64,000 bases of DNA from an uncultured bacterium (GCA_963780225.1 CAWAAX010000011.1:87691-151690), one strand, 5' to 3'; positions 50,260 to 60,040 are shown, counted from the first letter of the stretch. The notes: generated by a model not told the origin, from the sequence alone. Translations and numbers: made by a program.

Positions 50260-52062
50260 TCAGGCCTCTTTGAATTGGTTCGCGTACAAATTACGGTAGA
50301 GTTGATTGATTTTCATCAAATCCTCGTGCCGGCCTTCCGCCGCTATTTTCCCTTGATCCAATACTATTATTTTATCGGCCCGTTGAACGGTCGATAAACG
50401 GTGGGCAATAATGATTGTGGTCCGGCCCTGCATCAACGGCTCTAAAGATTGTTGTATCAATCGCTCGGACTCGGCATCCACTTGAGAAGTGGCCTCATCC
50501 AAAATAAGAATTTTAGGATTTTTTATTATCGCCCGGGCGATGGATAATCGTTGCCTCTGCCCGCCGGAAAGCGTGCATCCCCTTTCGCCGATTTTAGCAT
50601 TATAGCCGTCCGGCATCTCAACTATAAACTCATGCGCCTGCGCCATTTTAGCGGCAGAAACAACCTGTGCATCGGTTGCCTCGGGATCGCCAAATCTGAT
50701 ATTCTCCAGAATAGTGTCGGAAAATAAAAATGCCTCCTGTGATACATACCCTATCTGGGCCCTCAAGGATTTGGCGCTGATTTCGGAAATGTCCTGGCCG
50801 TCAATAATAATCCGGCCTTCGCCGGGATTGTAGAATTTCAACAGCAATGAAACCATGGTGGTTTTCCCCTCGCCGGAGCGGCCTACCAGGGCCATAGTCT
50901 TACCCGGCTCTATTTTACAAGAAATATCCTCTAATACCAGATTCTCGCCATCATAAGAAAAGACCACTTTATCATAATATATTTCACCTTTATGAACCAT
51001 TAATATTCTCTTCTCCTCTTCCCGTCTTTCAATCTTCCCAAGTTCCGGTCTTCTCACCTTCCCAACTTCCCAACTTCTTGTATTCCCATCTTCTTCTGCT
51101 GGAATATCCAATATCTCAAATATCCGTTCCACCGCAGCTACCGATCTCTGTACCCCAAGGTTTAAATCATAAAGGACACGGACCGGTCCGAAAAGATACC
51201 CCATAAATGAACTAAACGCCAACAGCCCGCCAACCGTTAAATTGCCTTTCATTATTTCCCCGCAACCGTACCAGATTAAGGCGACGGGACCGATAGAGGA
51301 AATAAGATTGGTACTAATGGAAGCCAACGTGGCCACTATGTCCAACTTTATCTCCTGCCGGATAGCATCCTTTACACCTTTAAATAATCGTAAAGTTGCC
51401 CGGCCCTCACCGGTAAAGGCCTTTATTACAGAAATTCCGGAAAGAAGCTCTTGAAGATCCTTATTCACTATGGCAAACTTCTCCCGGCTCTGCCGGCTTA
51501 AGCTCCTGATCCTTTTATTGAAAACAGCCAGCGACAAAAGATATAAGGGCAGAACCATAAAGCAAAACAAGGCTAACTTGGGATGGATATACAGCGTGCA
51601 TATTATTCCGGCGATAAAGGTGAGCACATTTTGCCCGGCCGAAACCAAAGTGCCCGCCAGCAGGCCCTGCACCGCATTGACATCGTCGGAAAGCCGGGCC
51701 ATCAAATAACCAGTCTGTTTTTTATGAAAGAACGATAATGATGCTCTTTGAATGTGCTCAAATAACTTTAAACGTATATCAACCAGCACCCGGCCTCTGA
51801 ATGTTGCCAAAAGAAAGCTCTGGAGAAAACCAGAACCAGCTTGGATCAAAAGCACGCCGATCAATACCAGGCCGATGGTATTTAAAAGCGTAAATGATTT
51901 CAAGGGAATGACCTTGTCTATCAGGTATTTGGTCAGGAAGGGCATGGGCAATTGCAAGGCCACCGAGAGCAGCATGAACAAAAAGGCCAAAATGCCTTTC
52001 TTCCAATAGGGTTTAAGAAAGGAGAGAAAGCGGAGGATTGGTTTATAAGTATTATTTTGCAT
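50260..52062 (-). CDS. ABC exporter (TMD+NBD, no C39 peptidase domain)
   Basis: 6 TM helices, GRSGEGKTT, LSGGQRQR, LDEATS. Confidence 0.93.
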   Translation of the reverse strand: MQNNTYKPILRFLSFLKPYWKKGILAFLFMLLSVALQLPMPFLTKYLIDKVIPLKSFTLLNTIGLVLIGVLLIQAGSGFLQSFLLATFRGRVLVDIRLKLFEHIQRASLSFFHKKQTGYLMARLSDDVNAVQGLLAGTLVSAGQNVLTFIAGIICTLYIHPKLALFCFMVLPLYLLSLAVFNKRIRSLSRQSREKFAIVNKDLQELLSGISVIKAFTGEGRATLRLFKGVKDAIRQEIKLDIVATLASISTNLISSIGPVALIWYGCGEIMKGNLTVGGLLAFSSFMGYLFGPVRVLYDLNLGVQRSVAAVERIFEILDIPAEEDGNTRSWEVGKVRRPELGKIERREEEKRILMVHKGEIYYDKVVFSYDGENLVLEDISCKIEPGKTMALVGRSGEGKTTMVSLLLKFYNPGEGRIIIDGQDISEISAKSLRAQIGYVSQEAFLFSDTILENIRFGDPEATDAQVVSAAKMAQAHEFIVEMPDGYNAKIGERGCTLSGGQRQRLSIARAIIKNPKILILDEATSQVDAESERLIQQSLEPLMQGRTTIIIAHRLSTVQRADKIIVLDQGKIAAEGRHEDLMKINQLYRNLYANQFKEA

Positions 52063-52167
52063 GGCGTAATTTTAACACAAACGACTATTATAGGCAAATT
52101 AAAAAAAGGCGGGGAAAAATAAATATCTCCGCCTTTTACACATTAGCCCTGCAAGTTGCTTGCTTAC

Positions 52168-52299
52168 CTAACAGGTAAACACGACGGGTGGACACCTTCT
52201 TGAAACTACGTTATACTCTGAGCAAACGTAGTCTGGACATGGCACACCGAGGGGATTCCCACCTTCAAGGGCTGTAAGGCCCATGTTCAATAACTCCAT
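52168..52299 (-). CDS. Putative RiPP precursor peptide B (43 aa; not in ORF track)
   Basis: MELLNMGLTALEGGNPLGVPCPDYVCSEYNVVSRRCPPVVFTC; GGGAGGTGA RBS; downstream hairpin. Confidence 0.78.
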   Translation of the reverse strand: MELLNMGLTALEGGNPLGVPCPDYVCSEYNVVSRRCPPVVFTC

Positions 52300-52356
52300 T
52301 ATTTTCACCTCCCTTCCTATCTAAAATATACGGCCAAATTTAGAATCTTTGGCTTT

Positions 52357-53657
52357 TTACATTTTATCCAACATGTTTGAAAGATATTTTTGCCAACGCC
52401 CACAATTATCCTTATTTGAACCGCCAAATTGCATTCGCCGTGATATGCATCCACCCATACACACCGCAGTACATGCATTTTGACAAGCTTCATTTTTAAA
52501 GACTCGCTTAAAACCATTCCGAATGCATGGCATTGCAATGGAGCTTCCCACCCTTGATAACCCTACTTCATCGCCCCGATTAGTGTCTCGGAACATTGTA
52601 ACCCAGACACTCGGGCCTATAATATAATTTTTATATTGGTCCGCTCCACAATAGTTTGCTAAGGTTCTAAATAATGGCCCTGTTTTTTTATCATCAGTCT
52701 TCTGCTTGCCCAAGATGTTATTTACCCTGTTTTGAAAATCAAAATGTTCAACCGCGTGAAATCATCGCAATCTTGGTTCGGGTAACTTTACCGGCTAAAA
52801 AATCCATCAACCGGCCTATGCTTATGTTAAGCTTCGGCGATCTGAGGATTTTTCCTGCTCCAATAATTTTAAAACGTTTTCTTGATTCTTCTTGTTTGTA
52901 TTTATTCTTACCGCCACCTCATCAAAATGTTCCGTGGCCACTTTAATCCCAGCCAACACTTTGTCAAAGGTCCCGCCGCCATCTTTCAACGGCCTGGATT
53001 TATTATGTGTCATCTTTAGTGCCGTCAAGGGTTATTTGAATTGTCTTAATTTTTACCTCTCCTGAGCTTTTCGGCCATTTTCTTATCTAATAAATATCCA
53101 TTTGTTACGATCATCGCCGAGTTGAAATGTACACTCGCTTTTTTACAAACAGCATCAATGCGTGCGGTCAACTCTTCAATTATATCAACGCGCAAAAGCG
53201 GTTCCCCGCCATACCAGAGAATAGAAAATTGTTTCGGATTTGAGCTTTTAACTCATTCTCCACGAATTTTTCAATTTCGTTAATATCCTCCGGGGTCCTG
53301 CTTTTTTCAATTTTGTCGTGTTCAAAACAGTAACTGCAATTGAAATTACAATCTTTGGTGGGGACAAAGGCAAAACCTAACAGCACTATTGTCGAAGACC
53401 CCTTTATGATAGCGAAATTTCACCAGATCTATCTCATCCACAGATGAAGGGAGAATAAAACCATTGTCTTTCAGCATATCAAATTCCGGAGATGTCAATC
53501 CAGTATGTCCATTCGGATCTTCTAAAGCAGCTTTAATTTTATCAACGTACTCCTCATTTGACTTTATTAGTCCGGTAGTAAAGGTATTATATAGGTAAGT
53601 TGTGGCCTTAACCTTATGCCAAAAGTTGAATTGAGATTTTTTGTAGGTTTGTTCCAT
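52357..53657 (-). pseudogene. Radical SAM/SPASM maturase, multiply frameshifted (pseudogene or assembly error)
   Basis: Fragments: YLYNTFT N-domain, PTKDCNFNCSYC, HNKSRPLKDGGGTFD, CGA and C..C....C.GGC. Confidence 0.75.
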
Positions 53658-53727
53658 TTAATTTTTAGTCCATAGCGTAGAGCTTTGTAATTGACAGTTA
53701 AAAAGAAACATTTGCTGCTTTTTAGTC

Positions 53728-55143
53728 CTAAGAATCACAGGTGATCCTTGTTTTTTCCGTTTCGGCGGAAGCTTCTACCAGTTCCAAAAATGGCTCGGCT
53801 TGTGATATATAGGCGCATTTCTCGATGTCCGGCCATTTGTAATCACCCCAGATTTTGAACGCTTCAGCCGGGCACCCCCCACTGCAAAACACAAAGTGCT
53901 TGCAACTGTTACAGAGCTTGATGTCGCTTAGATCCGTAGTCCGTAGCATGGTCAACAATGGATGACTACTGGTCCAGATGCCGACGATAGTGTCTCGGGT
54001 AACATTGCCCAGCACATCCTCAGGCTGGCGGAAATCAGCGCAAGGCACGACATCTCCATTGGGCCTAACACACAATCCACCTGTGCCAGCCGAGCATCGG
54101 TAACGTTTCGGTTGACACTTGGTCACCCGGTACGGATTCTTGCCGTTGGCGGAGTGGAACTGGTTGATGCGGATTTTAGCCTGGGCGCACTCTTGGTAAC
54201 TGATCTGATATTGCCGGCCAATGGTCTGAGCCCGGCCGTCGGGCTTCTGCATCGAAAAAGCGGGGACGATACCGTGGTTCCTCCCCAGTTCTATGATATC
54301 AATGACATGATCTACGTTATTGCGGTGGATCACCGTGCCCAGATCAACCTCCAGTCCGGCCTCTTGCAGATGGCCAATAGCAGCTATGGTTCGGTCGAAG
54401 GCGCCGGGCAGGCCACGGTAGGCGTCATGAACTGCCGCACAGTGGCCATCTAAGCTGAGTTGGATACCCGACAATCCGGCCTGCTTTAGCCGCTGCGCCA
54501 GCCCGGCCGTGATCAAAATGCCATTTGACAGCATCCTTACCACTAGTGGTTTAGCCGCAGCGTAGGCGATAATTTCAATCAAGTCCGGCCGTAATAGCGG
54601 CTCACCCCCGGAGATGGTCAGCGAAATGCCGCCAGCCGCCGAGAACTGGTCTATCATGGCCGTTACTTGGTTTAAGGAAAGTATCTCGTTATGCTCTTCT
54701 CCGGCTTGGGCATAGCAGTGGACGCACTTAAGATTACAGGCATAAGTTAATTCAAAGAAAATATTATCTAAAGGCAATGGCACAGCCACCGGCAACGGAA
54801 TAGGCCGGGGGGTGGAAAGGGGACAAGTCGCCAACTCAATGTAACCAGCCTTAACCAGCGGCGCCAGTATATGTTCGATCCGGCCAGCGATGGTTTTCAC
54901 CGGGGTCTTGTCATAGAGCGCCGCCAATTCTACGGCGATGTCCTGAACCGTGTGGGTGCCGTCGCAACGGATGATCACCTGTTCGGCGGCCTCGTTCAGG
55001 CTTACCAAGCTCTCGGTAGTTTCGTTCGGTGCCCGGTTCAGCTTGGGGCAGGAGTACAACTCCACCTGCCGGCCGGCATCTGTCGCAAGTCTCCGGCATA
55101 ACGTAGTCGACGCAATGGTCGGGTATAGGCTCATAGATAACAT
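53728..55143 (-). CDS. Radical SAM/SPASM peptide maturase with N-terminal PqqD/RRE domain
   Basis: LNEAA..IIRCDGTHTVQDIA (RRE), CNLKCVHC, GGEPLL, SPASM CSAG..C..CNSC....CSGGC..C. Confidence 0.9.
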   Translation of the reverse strand: MLSMSLYPTIASTTLCRRLATDAGRQVELYSCPKLNRAPNETTESLVSLNEAAEQVIIRCDGTHTVQDIAVELAALYDKTPVKTIAGRIEHILAPLVKAGYIELATCPLSTPRPIPLPVAVPLPLDNIFFELTYACNLKCVHCYAQAGEEHNEILSLNQVTAMIDQFSAAGGISLTISGGEPLLRPDLIEIIAYAAAKPLVVRMLSNGILITAGLAQRLKQAGLSGIQLSLDGHCAAVHDAYRGLPGAFDRTIAAIGHLQEAGLEVDLGTVIHRNNVDHVIDIIELGRNHGIVPAFSMQKPDGRAQTIGRQYQISYQECAQAKIRINQFHSANGKNPYRVTKCQPKRYRCSAGTGGLCVRPNGDVVPCADFRQPEDVLGNVTRDTIVGIWTSSHPLLTMLRTTDLSDIKLCNSCKHFVFCSGGCPAEAFKIWGDYKWPDIEKCAYISQAEPFLELVEASAETEKTRITCDS

Positions 55144-55209
55144 GGAATCAACTCCTAATGATTTGGCTTCTGGGAGGAGCCTTCACTCCTCCCAGAATAG
55201 TCTGGCTCT

Positions 55210-55329
55210 TTATGGAAGTAGGTTGCATCTGCAAGTCTTAACAAACTTGACAAGATAGATAGTAGATAAAGAAGTGGTACTTATCTCATCGTGCTTGAGT
55301 TCAATGGTGATTTCGGGTAAAAATTCCAT
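55210..55329 (-). CDS. Putative RiPP precursor peptide A (39 aa; not in ORF track)
   Basis: MEFLPEITIELKHDEISTTSLSTIYLVKFVKTCRCNLLP; GGGAGGTGA RBS; hairpin 55168-55198 follows. Confidence 0.72.
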   Translation of the reverse strand: MEFLPEITIELKHDEISTTSLSTIYLVKFVKTCRCNLLP

Positions 55330-55419
55330 TATTGTTCACCTCCCCTCCTTTTTAGTTTTTTGCTCTTCGTCAATAGCTTCCGCCCCTCGTCAGGAGCTGT
55401 CTCAATTAAGAGACATATT

Positions 55420-55448
55420 ATTGTAGCAGTGGGAGTGAGTATTGTCAA
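55420..55448 (-). promoter_or_regulatory. Promoter of the RiPP cluster
   Basis: TTGACA-17-TACAAT. Confidence 0.65.
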
Positions 55449-55705
55449 GTGTTTTTATATAAATAATTAAATATTTTTATCTAAATGTTGCCGAAATATA
55501 ATATACTTTTATAACCTTTGTCTGCTAAACGATAAGAGACAACAAAAGAGGACAGACGGAAAAATATTCCATCTGTCCTCTCTTACAATATTATCAGAAC
55601 TACCTTTAGACCGCTATGAATATCTGCTATGCAAAAATCATTAAAGCGCAATACAACCCGTCACTGATTTCAGTTTTTTTGTCCATCGTTTGATCTTCCT
55701 TCAGT

Positions 55706-55763
55706 TGGGGCAATTCATGAATTGCCCTTACATTGTTGGGGCAGGTTTTAAACCTGCCCTTAC
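55706..55763. repeat. REP doublet
   Basis: GGGGCAATTCATGAATTGCCCTTAC and GGGGCAGGTTTTAAACCTGCCCTTAC palindromes. Confidence 0.7.
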
Positions 55764-55774
55764 TATTATCTGTC

Positions 55775-57289
55775 TTATTCGGTCTCGGTGACGCCCACTT
55801 CGTAGTCCTGGCCGTTGACCCGCATCACGAAATGGCGCTGGGGATGGCCGTCGGGCGAGGGCAGACCCACTTTAAGGGAATCCTGACGGGCCTTCTTCTT
55901 AAGCGGGTCCTTCTGAACCTCAAAATACTCCTTGGCTACCGCCGGGTACAGGGCGTAGGACAGGATGTCTTCTTCTTTGTCCGATATCCCCTCCATCTCC
56001 TTCTTGCACTTCTCCCATTCCGGGGCGATGTGGTTGGCCGGGCGGTCGGTGATGGGCTTCTCGTCGCCGATGGCCTTCTTCAGCACCACCGGGTCGATGG
56101 GGGCCGGGGTCTTGCCATACAGCCCCTTGCACAGGTCCTTGACCTCCTGGATGATGATCTTGTATCTTTCCCCGGCCAGCACGTTGAAGGTGGCCTGGGT
56201 GCCCACTATCTGCGAGGTGGGGGTCACCAGCGGCACGTAGCCCAGTTCGGCCCGCACCTTGGGGATCTCCTTGAGCACGGCCTCGAACTTGTCCAGGGCG
56301 TTCTGCTTTTCCAGCTGGCTGACCATGTTGGTCAGCATCCCGCCCGGCACCTGGTAGACCAGGGCCCGCACGTCCACCCGCTCGGCCACCGGAGTGATCA
56401 GATGCTGGTAGGCCCGGTCCTTGATGTCCTGGAAATACTCGGCGATCTCCAGGAAGTGGGATTTGTCCACCTTCAGCCCAAAGCCAGCGTTGTCCAGCAT
56501 CTCCACCATGGATTCGGTGGGCGGCTGGCTGGTGCCCGAGCCGAAGGGCGAGATGGCGCAATCCAGGATGTCGGCCCCGGCCTGGGCCGCGGCGAAATAC
56601 GAGGTCGGCGCCATGCCGGTGGTACAGTGGGAGTGCAGGCAGACCGGCAGTCCCACTTCCGATTTAAGTTTTGATATCAGCTCCTGGGCCGAGGCCGGCG
56701 AGATCAGCCCGGCCATGTCCTTGATGGTGATGATGTCGCAGCCCAGGTTCTTAAGCTCTTTGGCAAAGGAGACGAAGCCGTCGATGGAATGCACTGGCGA
56801 GATGGTGTAGCTAAGCGCACCCTGGACGGTGGCCCCGGTCTTCTTGGCCACGGTGATGGCCTTTTCCATGTTACGGATGTCGTTCAGTGCGTCGAACACT
56901 CTGAAGACGTCGATGCCCAGCTCGGCCGCCTTTTTGATGAACCGCTCCAGGATGTCATCGGAATAATGCTTGTAGCCCACCAGGTTCTGGCCCCGCAGCA
57001 GCATCTGGAGCCGGGTCTTCTTGGCGTGCTTCTTGAATATCCTGATCCGCTCCCAGGGGTTCTCGTCCAGAAAGCGGAGCATGGTGTCAAAGGTGGCCCC
57101 GCCCCACATCTCGAACGACCAGTAGCCCACCTGGTCCATCCGCTCGATCATGGGGACCATGTCCTCGGTCCGCATCCGGGTGGCGATCAGGGATTGGTGG
57201 GCGTCCCGGAAGGCGGTCTCGGTGATGTTGACCAGCCGGCCCTTGTTGCCCATTTTGGCGTTTTCGTTCTTGTCGGATTTTTTTAACAT
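55775..57289 (-). CDS. Pyruvate/oxaloacetate carboxyltransferase subunit (transcarboxylase 5S / PycB / OadA-like), no biotinyl domain
   Basis: RDAHQSL.ATR, WGGATFD, LLRGQN, KDMAG, QVPGGM, VTPTSQIVG. Confidence 0.92.
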   Translation of the reverse strand: MLKKSDKNENAKMGNKGRLVNITETAFRDAHQSLIATRMRTEDMVPMIERMDQVGYWSFEMWGGATFDTMLRFLDENPWERIRIFKKHAKKTRLQMLLRGQNLVGYKHYSDDILERFIKKAAELGIDVFRVFDALNDIRNMEKAITVAKKTGATVQGALSYTISPVHSIDGFVSFAKELKNLGCDIITIKDMAGLISPASAQELISKLKSEVGLPVCLHSHCTTGMAPTSYFAAAQAGADILDCAISPFGSGTSQPPTESMVEMLDNAGFGLKVDKSHFLEIAEYFQDIKDRAYQHLITPVAERVDVRALVYQVPGGMLTNMVSQLEKQNALDKFEAVLKEIPKVRAELGYVPLVTPTSQIVGTQATFNVLAGERYKIIIQEVKDLCKGLYGKTPAPIDPVVLKKAIGDEKPITDRPANHIAPEWEKCKKEMEGISDKEEDILSYALYPAVAKEYFEVQKDPLKKKARQDSLKVGLPSPDGHPQRHFVMRVNGQDYEVGVTETE

Positions 57290-57432
57290 CTTTATTCCTG
57301 CTTCATGGGGTTTACTATCCGCAGATTACACAGATTGACGCAGATCGGGACCATTTTTATTACATGGAAAAACCGGAATTTAAAATCTGTGATAATCTGC
57401 GAAATCTGCGGATAGATATTTTCTTTATGCTG

Positions 57433-57828
57433 TTATGACAATATGACCAAAGCCTCGCCGGCGGAGACGGTCTGGCCCGGCTTGACCCGGATCTCGACCA
57501 CCTTGCCCGCCACCGGGGTGGAGAGCGAGGTCTCCATCTTCATGGCCTCAAGTTTGAGCAGCACGTCTCCGTCCTTCACCTCCTGGCCCACCTGGCACAG
57601 CACTTTGATGATGGTGCCGGTCATGGGGGCGGGAATGACCTTCTGGCCTTCGGCCACCGGGGCCTGGGACTTGCCGGGGGCCGAGGCGGCGGCCTGGGGC
57701 ACCGTCACCGAGATGGTCTTGGGGCCGGTGGGCGCTGGGATGGGGGCCAACGCCGGCTTCTTGCCTACTTCCTCGACCTCGACCTCGTAGGCCTTGTTGT
57801 TTACCTTTACGATGTACTTGCGGGACAT
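57433..57828 (-). CDS. Biotin carboxyl carrier protein
   Basis: EAMKM, Ala/Pro linker. Confidence 0.93.
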   Translation of the reverse strand: MSRKYIVKVNNKAYEVEVEEVGKKPALAPIPAPTGPKTISVTVPQAAASAPGKSQAPVAEGQKVIPAPMTGTIIKVLCQVGQEVKDGDVLLKLEAMKMETSLSTPVAGKVVEIRVKPGQTVSAGEALVILS

Positions 57829-58017
57829 GTTTGACCTTTCGATGTTTTTTATTTCTTTTTACTGCAGAACTTTGTCACCCTGAGTATCCCGGCCTGCCCG
57901 GCAAATTGAACGGGGGACAGTACCTTCTCATCCCTCAACCTGTGCTGCCTCGAAGCCTTCCTTCAAAAGCCGTCCTGAAAGCCATCTCAGGAAAAACCTC
58001 GGGATGACAGGCATTAG

Positions 58018-58200
58018 TTACTTCCTGGGGCCGCCCATGTTCTCCTGCCTTCCGGCCAGCGCCCAGAGGTTGATCTCGGAATGGTGCACCGGCTTGATGG
58101 AGGCCACGTGGAAGGCCAGCTTGTCGTCCTTGAGATAACGGCCCAGGGCGGCGGCTATGGCCACCTGGATCTCGGCCGGGATGTTCTCTTTTTTGCTCAT
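58018..58200 (-). CDS. Small carboxyltransferase accessory (delta/epsilon-like) subunit
   Basis: VAIAAAL...NLWALAGR motif, no TM helix. Confidence 0.7.
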   Translation of the reverse strand: MSKKENIPAEIQVAIAAALGRYLKDDKLAFHVASIKPVHHSEINLWALAGRQENMGGPRK

Positions 58201-58292
58201 GCTTTCTTTCGACCAGTTTAAAATTTACAGTTCACCGTTTACAGTTGGATCAAATTGTAAACTGTAAACTTTTAAACTATTTGAACTTTAGT

Positions 58293-59849
58293 TTAAAGAG
58301 GTATGTTCCCGTGCTTCTTGTTGGGCGACTGCTCGCGCTTGGTCTTGAGGATGGCCAAGGCCGAGGCCACTCTGCCCCTGGTCTCTTCCGGCGCTATTAC
58401 CGCGTCCACGTAACCGCGCTTGGCCGCCTCGTAGGGGTTGGAGAACATCTCTTCGTAGGTGGCTATCAGCTCCTGGCGCTTCTGGGCCTGGTCGGCCGCG
58501 CCTTCGATCTGCTTGCGGAAGATTACGTTGACCGCGCCGGAGGCGCCCATCACCGCGATCTCGGCCTGGGGCCAGGCCAGCATCAGGTCCGATCCCAGGT
58601 CCTTGTTGCACATGGCGATGTGGGCCCCGCCGTATGATTTGCGCAGGGTGACTGTGATCTTGGGCACTGTGGCCTCGGAATAGGCGAACAGGATCTTGGC
58701 CCCGTGGCGGATGATCCCGCCGTGCTCCTGCTGTTTTCCCGGCAGGTAGCCCGGGCAGTCCACGAAGGTCACCAGCGGGATGTTAAAGGCGTCGCAGAAG
58801 CGGATGAACCGGGCGGCCTTGTCCGAGGAGTTGATGTCCAGGCAGCCGGCCAGCACCTGGGGCTGGTTGGCCACTATGCCCACGCTGTGCCCGCCCACCC
58901 GGCCGAAGCCCACCACGATGTTGGGGGCAAAGTGCTCGTGGACCTCCAGGAAATCGCCGTTGTCCACCACTCTTAGAATGATGTCCTTGGCGTCATAAGG
59001 CATCTTGGGGTTTACCGGGACGATGGTCCGCAGTTCCATGTCTATCCGGCCGGGCTCGTCGGTGGTGTCCAGCACCGGCGGGTCTTCAAGATTGTTGGCA
59101 GGAAGGAAGGACAGCAGTTTGCGCACCCCGGCAAAGCAGTGCTCCTCGGTGGGATATGCAAAATGTCCGTTGCCCGAGACCTGGTTGTGGGCCATGGCCC
59201 CGCCCAGCTCCTCCAGACCCACCTCCTCGCCCATCACGGCCTTGATCACCTGGGGCCCGGTGATGTACATGTTGGAAACTTTATCGACCATGAAGACAAA
59301 ATCGGTGATGGCGGGCGAATAGACCGCGCCGCCGGCGCAGGGCCCTAAGATGACGGAGATCTGGGGTATCACGCCCGAGGACCGGGTGTTGCGGAAGAAG
59401 ATCATGCCGTAACCGTGCAGGGAGTCCACGCCCTCCTGGATCCGGGCTCCGCCGGAATCGTTGATGCCGATGACCGGCACGCCCATCTTAAGCGCCATGT
59501 CCTGCATCTTGACGATCTTTAAGGCGTGGGCCTCGCCCAGGGAACCGCCGGTAACGGTGAAGTCCTGGGAGAAGATGAAGACCGGGCGCCCCTCCACCGT
59601 GCCGTAGCCGGTGACCACGCCGTCGGCCGGGATGGACACCTTGTCCATGCCGAAATTGTCGCAGCGGTGCTGGACGAAGGCGTCGAACTCCACAAAGCTC
59701 TGGGGATCCAGCAGCTGGTCTATCCGCTCCCGGGCCGAGAGCTTCTTCTTCTCGTGCTGTTTGGCCGCCCGCTTGCCGTCGGCATCGCAGATGACCGCCT
59801 TTTGGTCCTCCAGCGCCTTGATGATCTGCTCAATGGTCTTTTCAGACAT
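58293..59849 (-). CDS. Acyl-CoA carboxyltransferase (methylmalonyl-CoA; 12S/MmdA/PccB-like)
   Basis: ARERI..LLD, DSGGARIQEG, GPCAGGAVYSP, KKHGNIPL. Confidence 0.95.
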   Translation of the reverse strand: MSEKTIEQIIKALEDQKAVICDADGKRAAKQHEKKKLSARERIDQLLDPQSFVEFDAFVQHRCDNFGMDKVSIPADGVVTGYGTVEGRPVFIFSQDFTVTGGSLGEAHALKIVKMQDMALKMGVPVIGINDSGGARIQEGVDSLHGYGMIFFRNTRSSGVIPQISVILGPCAGGAVYSPAITDFVFMVDKVSNMYITGPQVIKAVMGEEVGLEELGGAMAHNQVSGNGHFAYPTEEHCFAGVRKLLSFLPANNLEDPPVLDTTDEPGRIDMELRTIVPVNPKMPYDAKDIILRVVDNGDFLEVHEHFAPNIVVGFGRVGGHSVGIVANQPQVLAGCLDINSSDKAARFIRFCDAFNIPLVTFVDCPGYLPGKQQEHGGIIRHGAKILFAYSEATVPKITVTLRKSYGGAHIAMCNKDLGSDLMLAWPQAEIAVMGASGAVNVIFRKQIEGAADQAQKRQELIATYEEMFSNPYEAAKRGYVDAVIAPEETRGRVASALAILKTKREQSPNKKHGNIPL

Positions 59850-60011
59850 TTCTTTAAACCTTTATATATTTTAAGATTGCTGACTTATATCAATTGACAA
59901 ACAAATTCTTATTATATATTAAAAGGCACATGATTTCAAGAATAAAAAGCACTCCATGGAGAAAAACACAACAACCATTATATCCGGCGCCTGTTTTTTA
60001 TATCAATTAAT

Positions 60012-60040
60012 TTGACGGGCAGGGCCGTTTTTGCTATAAT
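60012..60040 (+). promoter_or_regulatory. Sigma70 promoter
   Basis: TTGACG-17-TATAAT. Confidence 0.6.

Noticed and set aside
53728..55143. PQQ biosynthesis (pqqDE) or heme d1/Ahb radical SAM
   Set aside because: No pqqABC or ahb/nir genes; neither peptide has the PqqA ExxxY motif; context is precursor plus exporter.
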